NCBI GenBank assembly: GCA_034520965.1 | Contig: JAXHMY010000002.1 | Span: 96,001 to 160,000, forward strand | Direction of reading: 5' to 3' | Origin: Spirochaetia bacterium | Lineage (GTDB): Bacteria; Spirochaetota; Spirochaetia; DSM-16054; Sediminispirochaetaceae | DNA: 64,000 bases | Shown: piece after piece, positions 60,488 through 64,000 of the stretch | How positions within the stretch are numbered: the stretch's first letter is position 1 | Layout: every line of letters starts with the position of its first letter | The notes under the pieces: generated by a model | What the model was told of the DNA's origin: nothing | The model's database searches: none | Seen by the model: the letters and a program-made list of their open reading frames with translations, nothing else | Position numbers and translations under genes: made by a program

Positions 60488-62465
60488 CTAATCTACCACG
60501 TCAGAATCAGGTTGCCCCGGAGCATCAGTCATATGCAGCAAACGGTTGATACGTTCCAGTGGGGGTATATATTTCTTAAATACCAACGCCGTTTCTTTCC
60601 CTGTTTCAGGGGATACTACTCTGAAGTGGCGTCCCAGACAATTATCAACCGGTTTACCCCGCAGTTCAGGAAAACAATCCTCTTGTATCGGGGTAAAAGT
60701 AAACGTGTCATCTACACGGCGAATATCTGCAATCACTCCTTCCAGCTTTATGGAGGTTATTTCAAAATCAGCTTCTCCTGGAGCCCCAATTGAATAACTG
60801 GTACCGGGGCTGAACCACTGTGTATTTCTTCCTAAAAAGTTATGCTGAAAATCGGCACGCATTTCAAGCCCGATATCACCGGGTTTTTCCCTACCGGAAC
60901 TGCGTCCTAAGTTACGTTTGGCCCTCTGCTGGGAGCTCCTGGTCTGAGCTCTTTCAGCAAAGGAGAGCGGAACTTTGTCGCGGTTCGCTTTTTCCCGGGC
61001 GGCAAAGCTTCCAAGTACTGACAGGCTGTCTTTATCGCTGGAAGCCTCGTTTAAACCCTTCCCACGCTTCTCTGAAGCTCTGAAAAGCTCTGTAGTTTCT
61101 TTTGTTTTGGAACTCTGAAAACTCTTAAAGGTATCCTGGGCATCCTTTGCAGGTTTATTTTTTCCGACTGTGCCGGAACTGCTTCCGTAGGGGCTTACTT
61201 TTTCTTTTGAACGCTGTGAAGCCTCGCTCAAACGGGTAGAAGAGTCATCCTCATCTTTCCGGAATCCCAGCCCATCCGCAAAGTTGCGTTCCGAGGGAGC
61301 ACGGGTGCTAAGACCCGTCACATCCGGACGGCCGGTTCCGACTGCTTGGCGACGTTCACTGTCTTTCCTGCCGACTGCTCCTATAAAACGCCGGACTAAA
61401 AACAGGATCAATATGAAGATCACCACCAAAAGTGCTATCAGCAGATAATTCAAATTAAAAGCAGAACCGCTCCCACCGCCGGTTTTTTGTGCTGCAGCGC
61501 TTACATCAAGCTGAATTTCCTGTACGAGGGGAAAGGCATTTGAAGCCCCTTCGATGCTCAAGGTAAGCTGGATGGTATTAAGACCTTCCACAGTATCCTG
61601 CGGTAATTCCAATTCAGCATTTAACGGCTGTCTCTCTCCGGAGGAACTATAACCGATTCTGAACCTTTGAGTAAATTTACTCCCCTCTGCTCTATACCGG
61701 TAAGTCGGACTTCTGTTTCTATGCTCCCGTGATTTATAAAGGTGAGGGGTAGGGTAAAACTTTGTGTGTCAACTTGAATAATACCGGAGGGATATATAAT
61801 TTCAACCGCGCCGGTAGCAGCCAGAGCTGTTTCATCCATACTCCCCTCATGGGTAACGACGCTCGAACCGAGAAGGGCTGAAAATTGTGCGAGAAGACCG
61901 GTTTGGAGTCCGGTGGTATCCCCACTGGGAGGAAATATCACCACATTTACGTCCCAGCCGTTACGCTTAAAATAGTCGGCAATGCTTTCCACACGGTTCT
62001 CATTCTCGGACGCATTTGCATAACTGCTGTCAAGTGGTGGATCATGCACATCATCGGAGATAATCAATAACTCTTTATTGCTGTGCAATGGAAGCTCTTT
62101 GGTAAAATCGCCCAGAAATTTTAAAACTTCTACAATATCGGTATGCTGATCCAAGGGTTTGATAAGCATCAACCGAGCTAAAACTTCTTCTATGTTCTGT
62201 TGGTCACGCAGGGGCCGACTGATTTCCAAATCGGCATTCCCCCCAAAACTGATAAGATGAAAGGTATCACGATAGGAAAGTTTACGCTTGATAACATCCG
62301 TCACCAATAATTCAACCTGGCTGCCCTTTTCTTGAAACATGCTTTTGGATGTGTCCAGCATGAGCACAAAATCGGTTGCCTTCTGTGCCCATAGTGGACT
62401 TGCAGCCACGGAAAAGAAAATTAAAAGCACACAGCTGAATTTGAAGAGCAACTGTGTTCGAACAT
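60488..62465 (-). CDS. Membrane-anchored VWA + Ig-like protein, split by apparent single-base deletions
   Basis: Signal peptide, MIDAS DTSKS...TDI...ISD, Ig-like segment, TM (LLIALLVVIFILILFLV) and cytoplasmic tail. ORFs 61621-62586 and 60488-61612 join with one extra base at about 61639. Confidence 0.7.
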
Positions 62466-62479
62466 GAGACAGCGAAGAA

Positions 62480-64000
62480 TTAGAACTTCGCCGCTTCGAT
62501 TTTTTTGATACCGTAATGATATTCACGTTCATTGATTTCAAATTTGACCTCTTCTCCCTCTTTGTGGTTCCATAGCTTACCACCAAAAGGCGACAGATAA
62601 GAAATTATATGTTTATCCGGGTTTGATTCCCAGGGACCAAAAAACTCATAGACTTCTTCTTTGTCAGTTTTGTAGTTGTGGAGGGTCACTTTAGTACCAA
62701 ATGATACTTTTGAAGGATCCACATCTTTTTTATCAAAAATTGTTGCCCGTTCGATCTCTTCCTTCAATTTAGCTGCACTCAAATTCAGCATTTCAAGTTT
62801 CTCTTTGCCGGCCTTATATTCAGCATTCTCTTTTAGGTCGCCAAGTTCACGGGCTGCCCCAATTTCCTTGGAAGTCTCGGGCATTTCGACATCAACGATC
62901 TGTTGCAGTCGCTTGGTTTTTTCCTCGTAACGGGGGGCTGTAACCAATAAGCCTCTTGATACGGTCTCTTTCTCTTCCTCGCCATAAAACTTGTAGTCGG
63001 GAAAACGCTCAGTTATTCTGTGTTTCAGTGATTCTCTGAGTTTTGGATCTAACTGATCGACATCATTTACAAGTGAGAAAAGCCTATTAATTGATTCCGG
63101 GTCAGTTTTCATTATGAACTCTTCCAGCTTTTCATCTCCAAACAGAAAACTTTGTATCTGTTTATTAAGCCGGCGGTTCACACTTACATCGCGTTTATTA
63201 TCAATTTCTCTGAAGGTAATATCCAGTAAGTGGACCATCCCAATAAGTACCTTTTCGTAGGACAGTCCGTATTTATCTTTCCACACATTCTCAGGAAAAG
63301 TTCTGGCAGTCCATATAAAGGCCTCGCGCTTTTCACGATATTGGTCGAGGAGAAAAGTAAATAATTCCTGCAGGTTATTTTGGTAGCCCTTATTCTCAAG
63401 TTCATCAATAATATATCTTGAAAGGTGATAGGGAAACAGCTTAACAAACAATTCGGGCCAGTTGGGGGAGTTGCGTTTTATTCTTTCAAGAAAATCCCGT
63501 TTTAGTTCATTGTCCTCAAGGTTTTGAAAGATAGTTTCAATCTCGCGCTCTTTTATCTGGTTCAGAAGATCTTTAAAACTCAGTTCAAGACCGGGATTTA
63601 AGAAGGGATAATCCCTAATAATCCGGTTTACAATTAAGAAACCGGCAAAAACGTTTTCATTTACCTGGCTGTAGGATTTAAGAAATCCGGTAAAATATTC
63701 GAACATTTCAGCAAAATAATCCGACTCAGGATCGCTGTGTTTAAGAAACTCTCTTAACACCTTCAGGCGGCCGAAAAAGCTTTTCTCCGCTCGAAAACGG
63801 TTGTAGGTTTTCTCTTCGAAACTGATAGGGGTATCACGAACAACGTAATGGTCAACTTTTTCAGGTAAGTTACCAAAGGATGAGTTTGTTTTAAGGATTT
63901 TTCGAGCCTCGGTACTCCAGCTTGTCCATTCATTCGGGGTAAGTACACTCGGCACCAGCTCAGCCTTAATTTGCTTCATATTTGCGGAATTGTCGTAGCT
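62480..64000 (-). CDS. greA: Long-form transcription elongation factor GreA; N-terminus lies beyond the window
   Basis: C-terminal ARELGDLKENAEY, VSFGTKV and ISYLSPFG; frame open to the window end. Confidence 0.9.
   Translation of the reverse strand, partial: SYDNSANMKQIKAELVPSVLTPNEWTSWSTEARKILKTNSSFGNLPEKVDHYVVRDTPISFEEKTYNRFRAEKSFFGRLKVLREFLKHSDPESDYFAEMFEYFTGFLKSYSQVNENVFAGFLIVNRIIRDYPFLNPGLELSFKDLLNQIKEREIETIFQNLEDNELKRDFLERIKRNSPNWPELFVKLFPYHLSRYIIDELENKGYQNNLQELFTFLLDQYREKREAFIWTARTFPENVWKDKYGLSYEKVLIGMVHLLDITFREIDNKRDVSVNRRLNKQIQSFLFGDEKLEEFIMKTDPESINRLFSLVNDVDQLDPKLRESLKHRITERFPDYKFYGEEEKETVSRGLLVTAPRYEEKTKRLQQIVDVEMPETSKEIGAARELGDLKENAEYKAGKEKLEMLNLSAAKLKEEIERATIFDKKDVDPSKVSFGTKVTLHNYKTDKEEVYEFFGPWESNPDKHIISYLSPFGGKLWNHKEGEEVKFEINEREYHYGIKKIEAAKF

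Overview
A gene-dense 64 kb chromosomal segment from a Spirochaetota bacterium, probably a free-living member of the Spirochaetaceae. The assignment rests on cfpA, a pallilysin-related lipoprotein, a long GreA and the spirochaete-type tmk-tamB-bamA-skp-mutS-comF-rimP-nusA-infB...lptFG-tgt-murJ gene order. Most of the window is housekeeping: purA, rlmKL, tmRNA plus smpB, lepB, hemW, yebC-ruvCAB-queA, outer-membrane biogenesis and the nusA-infB-pnp superoperon. No prophage, transposase or CRISPR array was seen. The main finding is the co-directional cluster at 3803-9597. (1) cfpA encodes the cytoplasmic filament protein, whose tail carries an AT-hook-like KKRGRPKK motif. (2) The next, 'hypothetical' gene has a C-terminal domain that aligns by eye with the PTS phosphocarrier HPr. 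(3) A PPDK homologue keeps its PEP/pyruvate site and phospho-His but has lost most ATP-grasp catalytic residues. Together these suggest an undescribed PEP-driven, Enzyme I/HPr-like phosphorelay linked to the spirochaete cytoskeleton; this is inference. Other points include a probably inactive LepB paralogue, a likely CTG start for tamB, several leaderless-promoter candidates, twin related palindromes with a structured leader at 10.3-10.6 kb, a zinc ribbon on NusA, and several single-base frameshifts that could be assembly errors. All assignments come from reading motifs by eye; no searches were run.
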